DNA of 64,000 bases from a virus. The notes beneath the pieces were generated by a model, which worked only from the letters and a program-made list of their open reading frames with translations, searched no databases and was not told the DNA's origin. Every line of letters begins with the position of its first letter. Positions within the stretch are counted from its first letter, which is position 1. Location of the stretch: positions 1 through 64,000 of the IMG/VR virus record IMGVR_UViG_3300012979_000038. One strand, given 5' to 3'. This document shows positions 1 to 8,646 of this stretch, one piece after another. The translations under genes and the position numbers were made by a program.

Positions 1-1389
1 AATATCTTTAACAACTTTGTAAACATATTTTAAATTATATAGAGTAGCTTGGTTTTGAACGGTTGCACCATCGTCATTTAAATAACCATTTGTATGTTTA
101 CGATTATCTGTAACGAATGTATAACTTGTACCCATGTTATCATCAAGACCCATTACATAATAATCACCAGCAGCTTCTCTAATAGTTGCCCAATTAGCAA
201 TTAATGTATCAATAGAGTTAACTGTTCCAAGTGTGTCAACTGTAATAGTTTTATCAGTTGTATTATAAGCTAAACCACTTTCGTTTGCGATTTCTACCTT
301 TTCTAAGTAAATCTTATCAGTTGGAAGAGCAACTGCTACATAAGAATCATCTCCAGCATTATTTAATGCATATGTATTAGCAGCAATTTCCCAGATGTGG
401 TTATAAGAAACTGGAATAATTTGACCTTGTTGTAGACCTAAAATTTCAGCATAAATTCTATTTACTTCGCTATTAGTATATTCTTTAGCGAAATCCATAG
501 CATATGTTGTTCTAGCTGTAATGTATGACCATGTTTGTTTGTCATCAATGCTAATTACGTTTTTACCATTACGATAAACTTGTTCGTTTTTAGCATTAAA
601 TACACGAACATAGTGTGTCATTGACATTGGTTGGTCAGGATCTTTTGTCGTAGAAGCGTCCCAAGTAAAACCATTACTATCTGCTGGCTTAGCTTTACCT
701 TTAACCCATTCTACCATCTTACCGTTTTCACCTTCTTCAACATTTGAAGTATGACCATTTTCTTTGTTTTGTGCTAATCTTTCCCAACGGTATTCGTTTT
801 CACCTTTTTCCAAAGATACTGTGATACCAGAAGTAGCCCATTGACTATAAGTGGTGAATGGAATTTTTGCAGCTAATAATTTAGCTCTATCATCTTCTGT
901 AGCATTTAGATCAGTTACGTGTGCGTATGATCCATCCATTCTTTGGTCTAAAGTAGTATCATAGTCACCAATACCTCTAATTACGATTTTGTTAGAAGCA
1001 CCAATTTTTGTGTTCCATGCATTTTCTCCAGAAACTAGTGGAAGATCATTTTCACCAATACCTTGTGCAGTAGCCCAATCATCTTCACCCCAGTTAGCAT
1101 AAATGCCAGAAACCAAAGAAGATGTTAATGCAGTATTTAATGCATCGATTTTTTCGTGAGCTAAAACGGTATAAGCAGTTGTGATGTCATAAGCAGTCTT
1201 ACCAATACCTACGTATGTATTAGTTAATGGAGACCAGATTTGACCTTCATAACCTAAGAAGATTAAAGACTTCTTAAATTGATCAGCGATAGTTTGATTG
1301 ATAACACTACCGTGATAAGTATACGCAAACAATCTTTGACCAATGTTAGAAGTATACTTATTCATTAAAGTTTTATCTACGTTTGCCAT
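1..1389 (-). CDS. virion structural protein, N-terminal 463 aa; gene continues beyond window start
   Basis: Open frame on minus strand from ATG at 1389..1387 with no stop before position 1. No competing ORF >=60 aa in any frame. Translation starts MANVDKTLMNKYTSNIGQRLF. It lies 5' (in transcription order) of the tail-fibre-like genes. Confidence 0.5.
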   Translation of the reverse strand, partial: MANVDKTLMNKYTSNIGQRLFAYTYHGSVINQTIADQFKKSLIFLGYEGQIWSPLTNTYVGIGKTAYDITTAYTVLAHEKIDALNTALTSSLVSGIYANWGEDDWATAQGIGENDLPLVSGENAWNTKIGASNKIVIRGIGDYDTTLDQRMDGSYAHVTDLNATEDDRAKLLAAKIPFTTYSQWATSGITVSLEKGENEYRWERLAQNKENGHTSNVEEGENGKMVEWVKGKAKPADSNGFTWDASTTKDPDQPMSMTHYVRVFNAKNEQVYRNGKNVISIDDKQTWSYITARTTYAMDFAKEYTNSEVNRIYAEILGLQQGQIIPVSYNHIWEIAANTYALNNAGDDSYVAVALPTDKIYLEKVEIANESGLAYNTTDKTITVDTLGTVNSIDTLIANWATIREAAGDYYVMGLDDNMGTSYTFVTDNRKHTNGYLNDDGATVQNQATLYNLKYVYKVVKDI

Positions 1390-1452
1390 AAATTTATGTT
1401 ATAAATATATATATATTTGTTTTGTTTTTTGTTTTTCTAAACAAAATTATTT

Positions 1453-3084
1453 TTATTCGTCATATCCTAAGAATTGCCATGATGAGGCATATGTGTAAAT
1501 ATTACATATTGTCGAAATATCTGGAATACCAGGAACAGTAACTTCACCAGTTTCTGGGTTGAATGAAGAATGAATTGTTTCAATATGTATTGTTCTATTT
1601 GAATCTCCATTATATTCATCTGGTGATAAAGAAAGTTTTACATAAGATGAATATGTATTATCAACATGTAAATTATACAACATTGATGCTACGTCAGTAT
1701 TGATATTTCCTAATTCTTCTTGAATTTCTAAAATATCTTCTTCTGCATCTTCAATACGTTTTGTTAAACCTGTACCAGCAATGGAAGGTTCATTTATAAA
1801 GTACTGTGTTCCTTCTTCAAAGTTTTCAGTTATTTCGTTGTATTTTAATAAATCATTATCAAAATAATAGATTTTATTTCCATCGTTTTGATAAGTTGTT
1901 ATATCTTCAAAATTAATTTCAATCCATCCTCGTCCAACATATGAAGGTTGACCAACTGCAACATATGAAGAGTAAGCCATTCCATAAGCTAAATCAGCTT
2001 GAACATATCCTTCATAAGCCATGCCATAGGCAGTTTCTGCCATAACATAACCAGAATAAGCCATATCATATGCTATACCAGATTGTTCTAATGCTTCGTT
2101 AGCTGTATTTTCCGCTCTACTTGAAATTCTTAATGCTTCACTTGCTGTGGCATCAATTCGTTTTACATCTTGTTGGATTTGTTTAACGTCACCAAGTATA
2201 CCAGTATATGATAGTTCACCATACATGTTAGTGTATGAATAACCAACTGTTTCTTCTAATTTATCTACATCTTCGATAAGTTCTTTGATGTCAGTTAAAT
2301 AGTTTTCAAGCTTATAGTATTGAACAGAACCATCGGTAATAACATCTTCAACCTTTTCAACTTTAATGTATTTACCGGTTGCTTCATCTTTAGTAAAGAA
2401 TTCGTATTTTCCCCAGTTATCTATAACATATTGAGGTTCTACTGGTTCATATCTATTTTGTTCAAGAATCCAATCTGCAATTTCTTTTAAAGTATCGAAA
2501 GCTGAATCTGCACCGTTGATAACTTCATCGATTTTTTCTTTAGTTATTTCATAGATTTTATCAACAGTATCAGTTTTAGTATAATAGTTTGCTGTTATAT
2601 AGTTTTTGTATTCACCAAACTTGTAATTAGAAAGATAATTTTCTTCCAAAAATGCATATGTTGGAAGATTATATGTTGTGATAACGTTATTTGTTATTGT
2701 TATGTTATCACCTGCTATTAAAGTGTTTTGATAAGATGAAAGAATTTCACCTAAAATTGTATGTGTTATATATGAAGCTGTAATTTCATTAATTTGATTC
2801 CAAACTCTTTCTAAATCTTTATTAAGTTCGTCAACTCCACTATTTGCATTCAAATCATTTAATGCTTGAACTAAATCTTCAGTACTATTTAAATAAGTAT
2901 TTAAAGAGGAAACCCAAGCTCCATTCCAATCAATGTCAATGGCATCAAGAAGTCTGTAACCTTGACCATTTTTCTGATTAAGCTTACTAGCAATTAAAAT
3001 ACCATTGTATGAATACGTAGTTCCATCAAATGATATTTTATTAACGTTAGGAAAGATATTTTTGTTATATTGTAATTCTGCCAT
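1453..3084 (-). CDS. tail fibre-like structural protein with Tyr/Gly-rich AYGMAY repeats
   Basis: 543-aa ORF. Internal degenerate repeats AYSGYVMAETAYGMAYEGYVQADLAYGMAYSSYV. Asn/Tyr/Thr-rich, typical of fibres. Confidence 0.5.
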   Translation of the reverse strand: MAELQYNKNIFPNVNKISFDGTTYSYNGILIASKLNQKNGQGYRLLDAIDIDWNGAWVSSLNTYLNSTEDLVQALNDLNANSGVDELNKDLERVWNQINEITASYITHTILGEILSSYQNTLIAGDNITITNNVITTYNLPTYAFLEENYLSNYKFGEYKNYITANYYTKTDTVDKIYEITKEKIDEVINGADSAFDTLKEIADWILEQNRYEPVEPQYVIDNWGKYEFFTKDEATGKYIKVEKVEDVITDGSVQYYKLENYLTDIKELIEDVDKLEETVGYSYTNMYGELSYTGILGDVKQIQQDVKRIDATASEALRISSRAENTANEALEQSGIAYDMAYSGYVMAETAYGMAYEGYVQADLAYGMAYSSYVAVGQPSYVGRGWIEINFEDITTYQNDGNKIYYFDNDLLKYNEITENFEEGTQYFINEPSIAGTGLTKRIEDAEEDILEIQEELGNINTDVASMLYNLHVDNTYSSYVKLSLSPDEYNGDSNRTIHIETIHSSFNPETGEVTVPGIPDISTICNIYTYASSWQFLGYDE

Positions 3085-3099
3085 ATTCGAAGATTAAAA

Positions 3100-4197
3100 T
3101 TATTTTTTAGTTATTTTCCATTTCATATATCCAAGACCAGTTTGTTCTGTTCTATAAATATTATAAACTTCATTAAATGAATAGTTTTCAAAAGAACCAA
3201 TCTTTCTCCAACCACCAGTTAAATTTGTACTAACATCTATAAATTCGATAGCTATACTTTTATCGCCGCCAAACTTATCAGGACAAATAAAATATCCATA
3301 TTCCTCTCCGTTTTGCTCTATAATAATTGTTTTTGATGGGTTATCCATAGTAAGATATTTTTCAAAACCTGCATTTAAAATATCGTCTTTAACCGTCATT
3401 TCAGAATTTACTGAACTTCCGTATAAACATCCATAACCCCATTGTTGTACTGTAGTTCCTGATGTTCTCATTCTTGAATCTGATGCATTAACAGTAAATA
3501 ATACATCAGTATTTTCTGGAACGATTGCTGAAATACTTTGTGTAGTAGTTTCTTCTTCAACAATAATTTGAGGTTCTTCTGGTAATGCGGTTTTAGATAA
3601 AACTTCAAAATTCATAATACCGTTTCCACCAGAAATTGTAATAGGAATATAAAGTTTTTTATTGCCAGAATCATATTCTAACAAGTTTAAACCAGGTAAT
3701 GAAACTGATAATGGAGTATATTTTTCCATTTTAATTTGTCCATCAACAACATTTAAACTATAGAATGATTTTGCATCAATTTGAAATTCATCTTTGTTTA
3801 CTGCGCTTTCTAAATCATAATTAAATTTAATTTCATTTTCACCAGTATCTTCTTTATACTCTGCTGTTGCGTTTAAATGACCATCAGTTTTAATTGTTAA
3901 TTTTGATTTTGCGTGGTGTGCTGCAGTAGATGTTTTATTTCCATCTCCATCAATAGCTTCAAATTCAGTAAAATACAATAAATCAGCTTGGAAAATATCT
4001 CCACCAAAATATTTACCCTTTGCCCAAATTTTCTTAGTATCAGAAACGAAAATAATAGACCCGCTCGCATCTGCTAAACTCAAAATATACTCAAATGCTT
4101 CTGGAGTATACTTTGTAGAATCTATCATAACGAATTTTTTATTTAGAAAAAATCCGGTATCAATTAACTCTTGTTTTTGTATTAATTTTTCTGCCAT
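3100..4197 (-). CDS. structural (tail/fibre-associated) protein
   Basis: 365-aa ORF, tightly spaced with flanking fibre genes. Beta-rich Gly/Asn/Thr composition. Confidence 0.4.
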   Translation of the reverse strand: MAEKLIQKQELIDTGFFLNKKFVMIDSTKYTPEAFEYILSLADASGSIIFVSDTKKIWAKGKYFGGDIFQADLLYFTEFEAIDGDGNKTSTAAHHAKSKLTIKTDGHLNATAEYKEDTGENEIKFNYDLESAVNKDEFQIDAKSFYSLNVVDGQIKMEKYTPLSVSLPGLNLLEYDSGNKKLYIPITISGGNGIMNFEVLSKTALPEEPQIIVEEETTTQSISAIVPENTDVLFTVNASDSRMRTSGTTVQQWGYGCLYGSSVNSEMTVKDDILNAGFEKYLTMDNPSKTIIIEQNGEEYGYFICPDKFGGDKSIAIEFIDVSTNLTGGWRKIGSFENYSFNEVYNIYRTEQTGLGYMKWKITKK

Positions 4198-4201
4198 TGT
4201 C

Positions 4202-4558
4202 TTATACTAATTGCCAATCCATATATTTTACAACATAACTAAATGAATAACTTGAAATTGCTTTAGCTATACCACTTTCTTGAACATATGATTCAAGAAA
4301 TCTATCAGATACGTTTTCCAAATCCATTAGATTATTCCATGGCTCACCAATAGCTTGATCTAATGCATAAGTAGTATATGCTATAGCGTATGATGTTATA
4401 GCTCTAAGATTTATTGCAGCATTATGATACGAAGCTGTTCTGCTATTATACTGCGCAATTGGAAACCAAGTATTTTCTTGATGCTTAGTAACATAAGTTA
4501 ATTTCCTTAATTCGGAAATTTTCTTAGAGTCATTTATTGCATCTGTATTTAGTATCAT
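4202..4558 (-). CDS. hypothetical protein
   Basis: 118-aa ORF, 4-nt spacing from the upstream gene. Confidence 0.4.
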   Translation of the reverse strand: MILNTDAINDSKKISELRKLTYVTKHQENTWFPIAQYNSRTASYHNAAINLRAITSYAIAYTTYALDQAIGEPWNNLMDLENVSDRFLESYVQESGIAKAISSYSFSYVVKYMDWQLV

Positions 4559-4631
4559 ATTATAAAATATATGTAATCGTATTTTAATTAAAAATAAACA
4601 CAGATAAACGCGTAATTAAATATCATTCAGA

Positions 4632-4922
4632 TTATTGTACTAACAAGTTTTCATCTAAAATTTGTTCAATTTTAGCAATTTTTTCCATGATGTTAACATC
4701 AGAACCAGATCTTACATGTTGTGAAAGTTTAAGAACAATATCAGTTAGCTTTTTGTTTTGTGCAACTAACTCATTAATGCTTTCAACTAATTCATAAACA
4801 TCAATAACTTTTTTTCTTGAACATACTTCTTCATTTTCATTTACATAAAGTTCATTAACAACAATTAATGAATTTGTTTGCAGGTTATCTAATGGAGTAA
4901 TTTGTACGTTATTTAATTTCAT
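4632..4922 (-). CDS. hypothetical protein
   Basis: 96-aa ORF. Confidence 0.35.
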   Translation of the reverse strand: MKLNNVQITPLDNLQTNSLIVVNELYVNENEEVCSRKKVIDVYELVESINELVAQNKKLTDIVLKLSQHVRSGSDVNIMEKIAKIEQILDENLLVQ

Positions 4923-4935
4923 AATTCTTGTTTTT

Positions 4936-5259
4936 CTATTTTATATTTTTTGTAAAAAATGGATTCTGTAACATTGTCTTAAGAAGATTATTTGTTTCTT
5001 CGCAAATTTCAATAAAATGTGATACATCATAAGCATCCAAAGTAAACCATTCGTTTAACTCATGTTTACTTGAAAATTTAAAATGCAACATTTTTTCTAA
5101 TCTAAAAGGATAATCACATTGATAAGTATTAACAACATGAATTTCGGTAGAATTACCGGTCTGAAGTTTTTTAAAACGATTACTATTTAAATCTCTTGTG
5201 ACACCAATCTTGAAAGTGTCATTTGCTGGATCACAAACCAAATAGATATAACCTCCCAT
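4936..5259 (-). CDS. T5orf172 / GIY-YIG-like domain protein
   Basis: N-terminus GGYIYLVCDPANDTFKIGVTRDLNSNRFKKLQTG matches the GxIYlv...KIGxT...R..L signature of the T5orf172/GIY-YIG superfamily. Confidence 0.5.
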   Translation of the reverse strand: MGGYIYLVCDPANDTFKIGVTRDLNSNRFKKLQTGNSTEIHVVNTYQCDYPFRLEKMLHFKFSSKHELNEWFTLDAYDVSHFIEICEETNNLLKTMLQNPFFTKNIK

Positions 5260-5276
5260 TTAATTTCTGTATATAA

Positions 5277-5294
5277 TTTCTTTATATAAAAATA
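5277..5294 (-). promoter_or_regulatory. class B motif, 1-mismatch variant (minus sense TATTTTTATATAAAGAAA), 17 nt upstream of the 4936..5259 ATG
   Basis: Plus strand TTTCTTTATATAAAAATA versus three exact copies of TTTATTTATATAAAAATA elsewhere. Confidence 0.4.
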
Positions 5295-5316
5295 CTTAAA
5301 ATTTTTTATACTTTTA

Positions 5317-5366
5317 TTTGAAATTTTCATAATTTTTACTATTTTGTTTATGTAATTATTAAAAAG
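5317..5366 (+). promoter_or_regulatory. class A promoter-like motif TTTGAAATTTTCATAATTTTTACTATTTTGTTTATGTAATTATTAAAAAG
   Basis: One of 9 copies of a ~46-nt conserved motif. TTTG then 19 nt then TAnnTT, as in Bacteroidetes -33/-7 promoters. It lies upstream of the tRNA-like element and the plus-strand block. Confidence 0.55.
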
Positions 5367-5410
5367 CTGCAGATTGATAATAATTACAGGGACTGATTCG
5401 GTAATACAAA

Positions 5411-5487
5411 GAGAGGGTAGTTCGAATCTACAAATAAAATTTGGGTTCTCCTTTGTTCAGTGGGTTCAACTCCCACCTTTCCCACCA
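5411..5487 (+). tRNA. tRNA-like element; cloverleaf not fully resolved by eye
   Basis: 3' end reads GTGGG-TTCAACT-CCCAC (5-bp T stem, consensus T loop), then CTTTCCC, A, CCA. The 5' strand GAGAGGG can pair with CTTTCCC at 6 of 7 positions. A second T-arm-like hairpin GTAG-TTCGAAT-CTAC sits at 5417..5431. D and anticodon arms are not convincing. Divergent intergenic location just downstream of a class A promoter. Confidence 0.3.
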
Positions 5488-5501
5488 AACTTTAAAATTA
5501 A

Positions 5502-5687
5502 ATGATTATGACAGTAAAAGACGCTAAAGAAAAATTGCAAAATCTTGTTGATTCATTAAATGTATATAATGATGATGCAGAGTTCGATATAAATATATAT
5601 GATAACTGTGGAGGTTATTATACCACTGATTTTGATGAGTGGTTGTTAGATAACAGAACTGATAAAGTTGTTTTAACTATTGAATAA
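5502..5687 (+). CDS. hypothetical small acidic protein
   Basis: 61-aa ORF, first gene of the plus-strand block. Confidence 0.35.
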   Translation: MIMTVKDAKEKLQNLVDSLNVYNDDAEFDINIYDNCGGYYTTDFDEWLLDNRTDKVVLTIE

Positions 5688-5964
5688 AAAATATATGAAG
5701 AAAATTTATCTATTATTGAGTCTTTTGACTATTCTAAGCTTTTCAAGCTGTACAGAACAAGCTCGTGTTCGTGAGTTTGGTGGTAAAATGGATATTGAAG
5801 TTCCAGCTGGTTACAAGGTAACATCAGCAACATGGAAAGAAACGGAGTTGTTTTATTTCTTAGAGCCAATGGAAGAAGGTTATGTTCCAAAGGAGAAGAA
5901 GTTCGTAGAAAGTTCCAGTTATGGATTCTGGGAAAGTGAAGTAACATTTAAAGAGAAACGTTAA
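5680..5964 (+). CDS. lipoprotein
   Basis: MKKIYLLLSLLTILSFSSCTEQ: signal peptide plus lipobox Cys. Confidence 0.55.
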   Translation: MNKKYMKKIYLLLSLLTILSFSSCTEQARVREFGGKMDIEVPAGYKVTSATWKETELFYFLEPMEEGYVPKEKKFVESSSYGFWESEVTFKEKR

Positions 5965-5984
5965 CATTAAAAAATAGAAAAAAT

Positions 5985-6812
5985 ATGAAAAAGAGTTATT
6001 TGGGTTTGATGATCACCCTAATGATCACAGCATTGTTCGCAAGTTGTACTACAGTATCTCCTGATTATGGACAAGAGGCAGTTAAAATTCATAAGCCTTG
6101 GTTCTTCGGTCAAGGTGGTGTGGATATGGAACCAGTTGAGACAGGTCTGCAATACACATGGTTTTCTACAGATTATGTAATTGTTACTATGGTTCCTGTT
6201 AAGTATGATGAACCTCTTGATGATGTTACATCAAACGATAACACATTGTTGGATTTTAAAACACAGATTCAAATCCAGGTAGAGGATAATAAATCACCTA
6301 TTCTTATCAAGAATTATGGTATTCATTTTTATGAGAACGTTATTCAGGAGCAATATCGAAATACTGTACGAAGTTATATCTCTAAGTATGGTCCATTTGA
6401 TTTGATGAGTAACCGTGAGGTTTTGGATTCAATTAATATTGCTGTCAAGAATGATATGATTGCATATATTGATGAGTTGTCAGAACGCAGTGGTGAGCTA
6501 CCTATTATTGTACAAAACGTATTGGTTGGACGAGCTATTCCAAATGATATGCAAAAGGAGGAAATGAATCGTACAGCCGCAGCTACCCAAGCTAAACGTA
6601 CCGAGGAATCTCGTAAGGAAATGCTTATTGCTAAGGAGGCAGCAGAACGTCAACGAGCAATTGCAGATAAAGCATACCAACGAGAGCTTGGTCTAACGAC
6701 TGACCAATTTATTCAACTTAAAGCATGGGAGATTATTGCCGAGAAACAAGGAGCTAATATTGATGTCCTTTTCGAAACCGGTGCTAACAAAATGTGGAAC
6801 GTACGTCGATAA
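5985..6812 (+). CDS. lipoprotein with SPFH/band-7-like C-terminal region
   Basis: MKKSYLGLMITLMITALFASCTT lipobox. C-terminal charged coiled coil AKEAAERQRAIADKAYQRELG...LKAWEIIAEKQGANIDVLFETGAN resembles the prohibitin/HflC C-terminus. Confidence 0.45.
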   Translation: MKKSYLGLMITLMITALFASCTTVSPDYGQEAVKIHKPWFFGQGGVDMEPVETGLQYTWFSTDYVIVTMVPVKYDEPLDDVTSNDNTLLDFKTQIQIQVEDNKSPILIKNYGIHFYENVIQEQYRNTVRSYISKYGPFDLMSNREVLDSINIAVKNDMIAYIDELSERSGELPIIVQNVLVGRAIPNDMQKEEMNRTAAATQAKRTEESRKEMLIAKEAAERQRAIADKAYQRELGLTTDQFIQLKAWEIIAEKQGANIDVLFETGANKMWNVRR

Positions 6813-6845
6813 ATCTTTAATTAATCTTTAAATATCATTAACAAT

Positions 6846-7631
6846 ATGGCAGGCATAATTTACGATACAATGGATAAAGAAGATATTACAACAATGTTTG
6901 ATTATACTCTTGATCCAATGAGATTATTCAACGGCATTATGGCCCATTATCGAACCATTGAGGAACAAGAACGCCAAGCAAAACTTGTGAAAGCTCGTAA
7001 GAAATATGTTTACGGTTTCAAAGAAGTTGAGTTTGAAAAACTATTTGGAAAAAACGTCTTTGATTTGGATCATGGTTATGTTTGCTATGGATATTTGACC
7101 TTCAAAGATAAGGTTATTTCTGATTATCCTATACAACTTGGTAGAAACACACAAGGTTTCCTCGATAGGTTGAATAAGGATTATAATGAAGGCAAAAAAT
7201 ATCGTGTACAACATGTTTGGCAAGTTTTCTCAGTAAATGATGATGACGAAAAGAAATCATATGTTTGTGAGAAATGTATCGAGAACAAGAAAAAGAAATA
7301 TGTCAATGAAATAGAATATGTACTCGATATTCAAAATGGAGAATTTGTCTATAATGTAGGTAAACGTTCTGGAATCGGTACTCCTTATATTTATGATAAC
7401 ATCATACATTTTGACCACAAATACGTTCATATCCCAACAGGTAAAACCGTTATTGATGCATCTTATTTGGACCATGAGGTAAACGCCACAAATATTCATG
7501 ATTATTCTACGATAAATGTAGATAAATATATTATCTTCAGCGCTACCAAGTTTAAATGTTCATTTCATAATCGATACGAAGTAGCAGTTAAACTTGACAA
7601 AAGCACCGGTGAGGTAACTGAAATCGAATAA
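6846..7631 (+). CDS. hypothetical Cys-containing protein
   Basis: 261-aa ORF with CEKC and CYGY motifs; no confident family assignment. Confidence 0.4.
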   Translation: MAGIIYDTMDKEDITTMFDYTLDPMRLFNGIMAHYRTIEEQERQAKLVKARKKYVYGFKEVEFEKLFGKNVFDLDHGYVCYGYLTFKDKVISDYPIQLGRNTQGFLDRLNKDYNEGKKYRVQHVWQVFSVNDDDEKKSYVCEKCIENKKKKYVNEIEYVLDIQNGEFVYNVGKRSGIGTPYIYDNIIHFDHKYVHIPTGKTVIDASYLDHEVNATNIHDYSTINVDKYIIFSATKFKCSFHNRYEVAVKLDKSTGEVTEIE

Positions 7632-7671
7632 ATAAAATAATCAAATATTTTTTCATAAAACTTCATAGATT

Positions 7672-7717
7672 TTTGAAATTTATGAAGTTTTTTCTATATT
7701 GTATATGTAATTAAAAA
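7672..7717 (+). promoter_or_regulatory. class A promoter-like motif
   Basis: TTTGAAATTTATGAAGTTTTTTCTATATTGTATATGTAATTAAAAA, ending 11 nt before the ATG at 7728. Confidence 0.55.
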
Positions 7718-7727
7718 CATCATCAAT

Positions 7728-8084
7728 ATGAAACAGCTTTTAGTATTCGTTTACCGTAATGCAAATAATTGCGATTGTACAGCAAATGGAGTAACATCTA
7801 AGTACAAACAATTCACACTATTGTATGATTGCTCCTTTTATGAAGCTAAACAGTGGGTTGAGGAAAATGACCCGACAAAAATCGAAGAGTATTTGTATTC
7901 AAACCCACGAGTACTATGGGGTAAACCAGCACCTTATGCTGAACCTCTGCAAAAGAAACCTGGTGCAAATCAAATGTTCGCCGGTAATTTTGTTTACACA
8001 TCTGATTCACGTTTTCAAAACGCAACATACGGAATGGATGCTCCACTTAAAGTATTTGACCGTTTCGAACAATTTGAGTATTAA
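7728..8084 (+). CDS. hypothetical protein
   Basis: 118-aa ORF directly after a class A motif. Confidence 0.45.
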   Translation: MKQLLVFVYRNANNCDCTANGVTSKYKQFTLLYDCSFYEAKQWVEENDPTKIEEYLYSNPRVLWGKPAPYAEPLQKKPGANQMFAGNFVYTSDSRFQNATYGMDAPLKVFDRFEQFEY

Positions 8085-8104
8085 TTTAATAAAAACATAA
8101 ATAT

Positions 8105-8587
8105 ATGCAACTCTGTAAAGTAATAAGTAACGAACCAATTAAGAATTTTATTTGTGTTTACAAAGAAGAAAATGGTATTAAACATGCCCGAGTAGCGCAA
8201 AGAACTCTTTATCGTGCAAAATATTGCCAGTGTACAAAAAAGGAAATTGAAGACTTTTTTGAGAAGCAATGTTATACACACGTTGAGCAAATAAAAACTG
8301 ATTGTTGGATTATAGAGCGTATAAAAGATTGGAACCTTGCCACAATCTATTACCGCGAGGTTAACGGAGTAAAAGAAGTGTTTGATATTCACTATCATAA
8401 AAATGGTAATATCAATGGAAAACGAACGCAGGAGCAAGTAATTGCAGACACAAATGCTATTATTGAGGAATGCGGATTTAAGTTGAATCTTTTTATTGGA
8501 GAGTTTATGTGTAATAAAAAACGTCGTATGCGTAAAACAACTCCAATTAGAGAGAAACAATATACGAAAATTAAAGTCAATTCTTGA
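8105..8587 (+). CDS. hypothetical protein, possible HNH-like nuclease
   Basis: 160 aa. DIHYHKNGNINGKR resembles the HNH core H-x-N...N; Cys pairs CQC and C...C. Weak call. Confidence 0.3.
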   Translation: MQLCKVISNEPIKNFICVYKEENGIKHARVAQRTLYRAKYCQCTKKEIEDFFEKQCYTHVEQIKTDCWIIERIKDWNLATIYYREVNGVKEVFDIHYHKNGNINGKRTQEQVIADTNAIIEECGFKLNLFIGEFMCNKKRRMRKTTPIREKQYTKIKVNS

Positions 8588-8646
8588 TTAGACTTAAACA
8601 AATCAAGTGGTGGTTCATTTTTATAAATAAACTAAAACAAAAAATT

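Noticed and set aside
5417-5431. First T-arm-like hairpin GTAGTTCGAATCTAC as a separate tRNA
   Set aside because: No CCA or matching acceptor strands within tRNA distance (the 3' flank AATAAAA has no complementary 5' partner upstream). It is treated as part of one tRNA-like element, not a second gene.
8081-8601. Minus-strand 159-aa ORF 8081..8560 and 8395..8601 overlapping the 8105..8587 plus gene
   Set aside because: Hydrophobic low-complexity antisense translation. The plus-strand gene fits the operon spacing; both could not be coded, and the plus one was kept.
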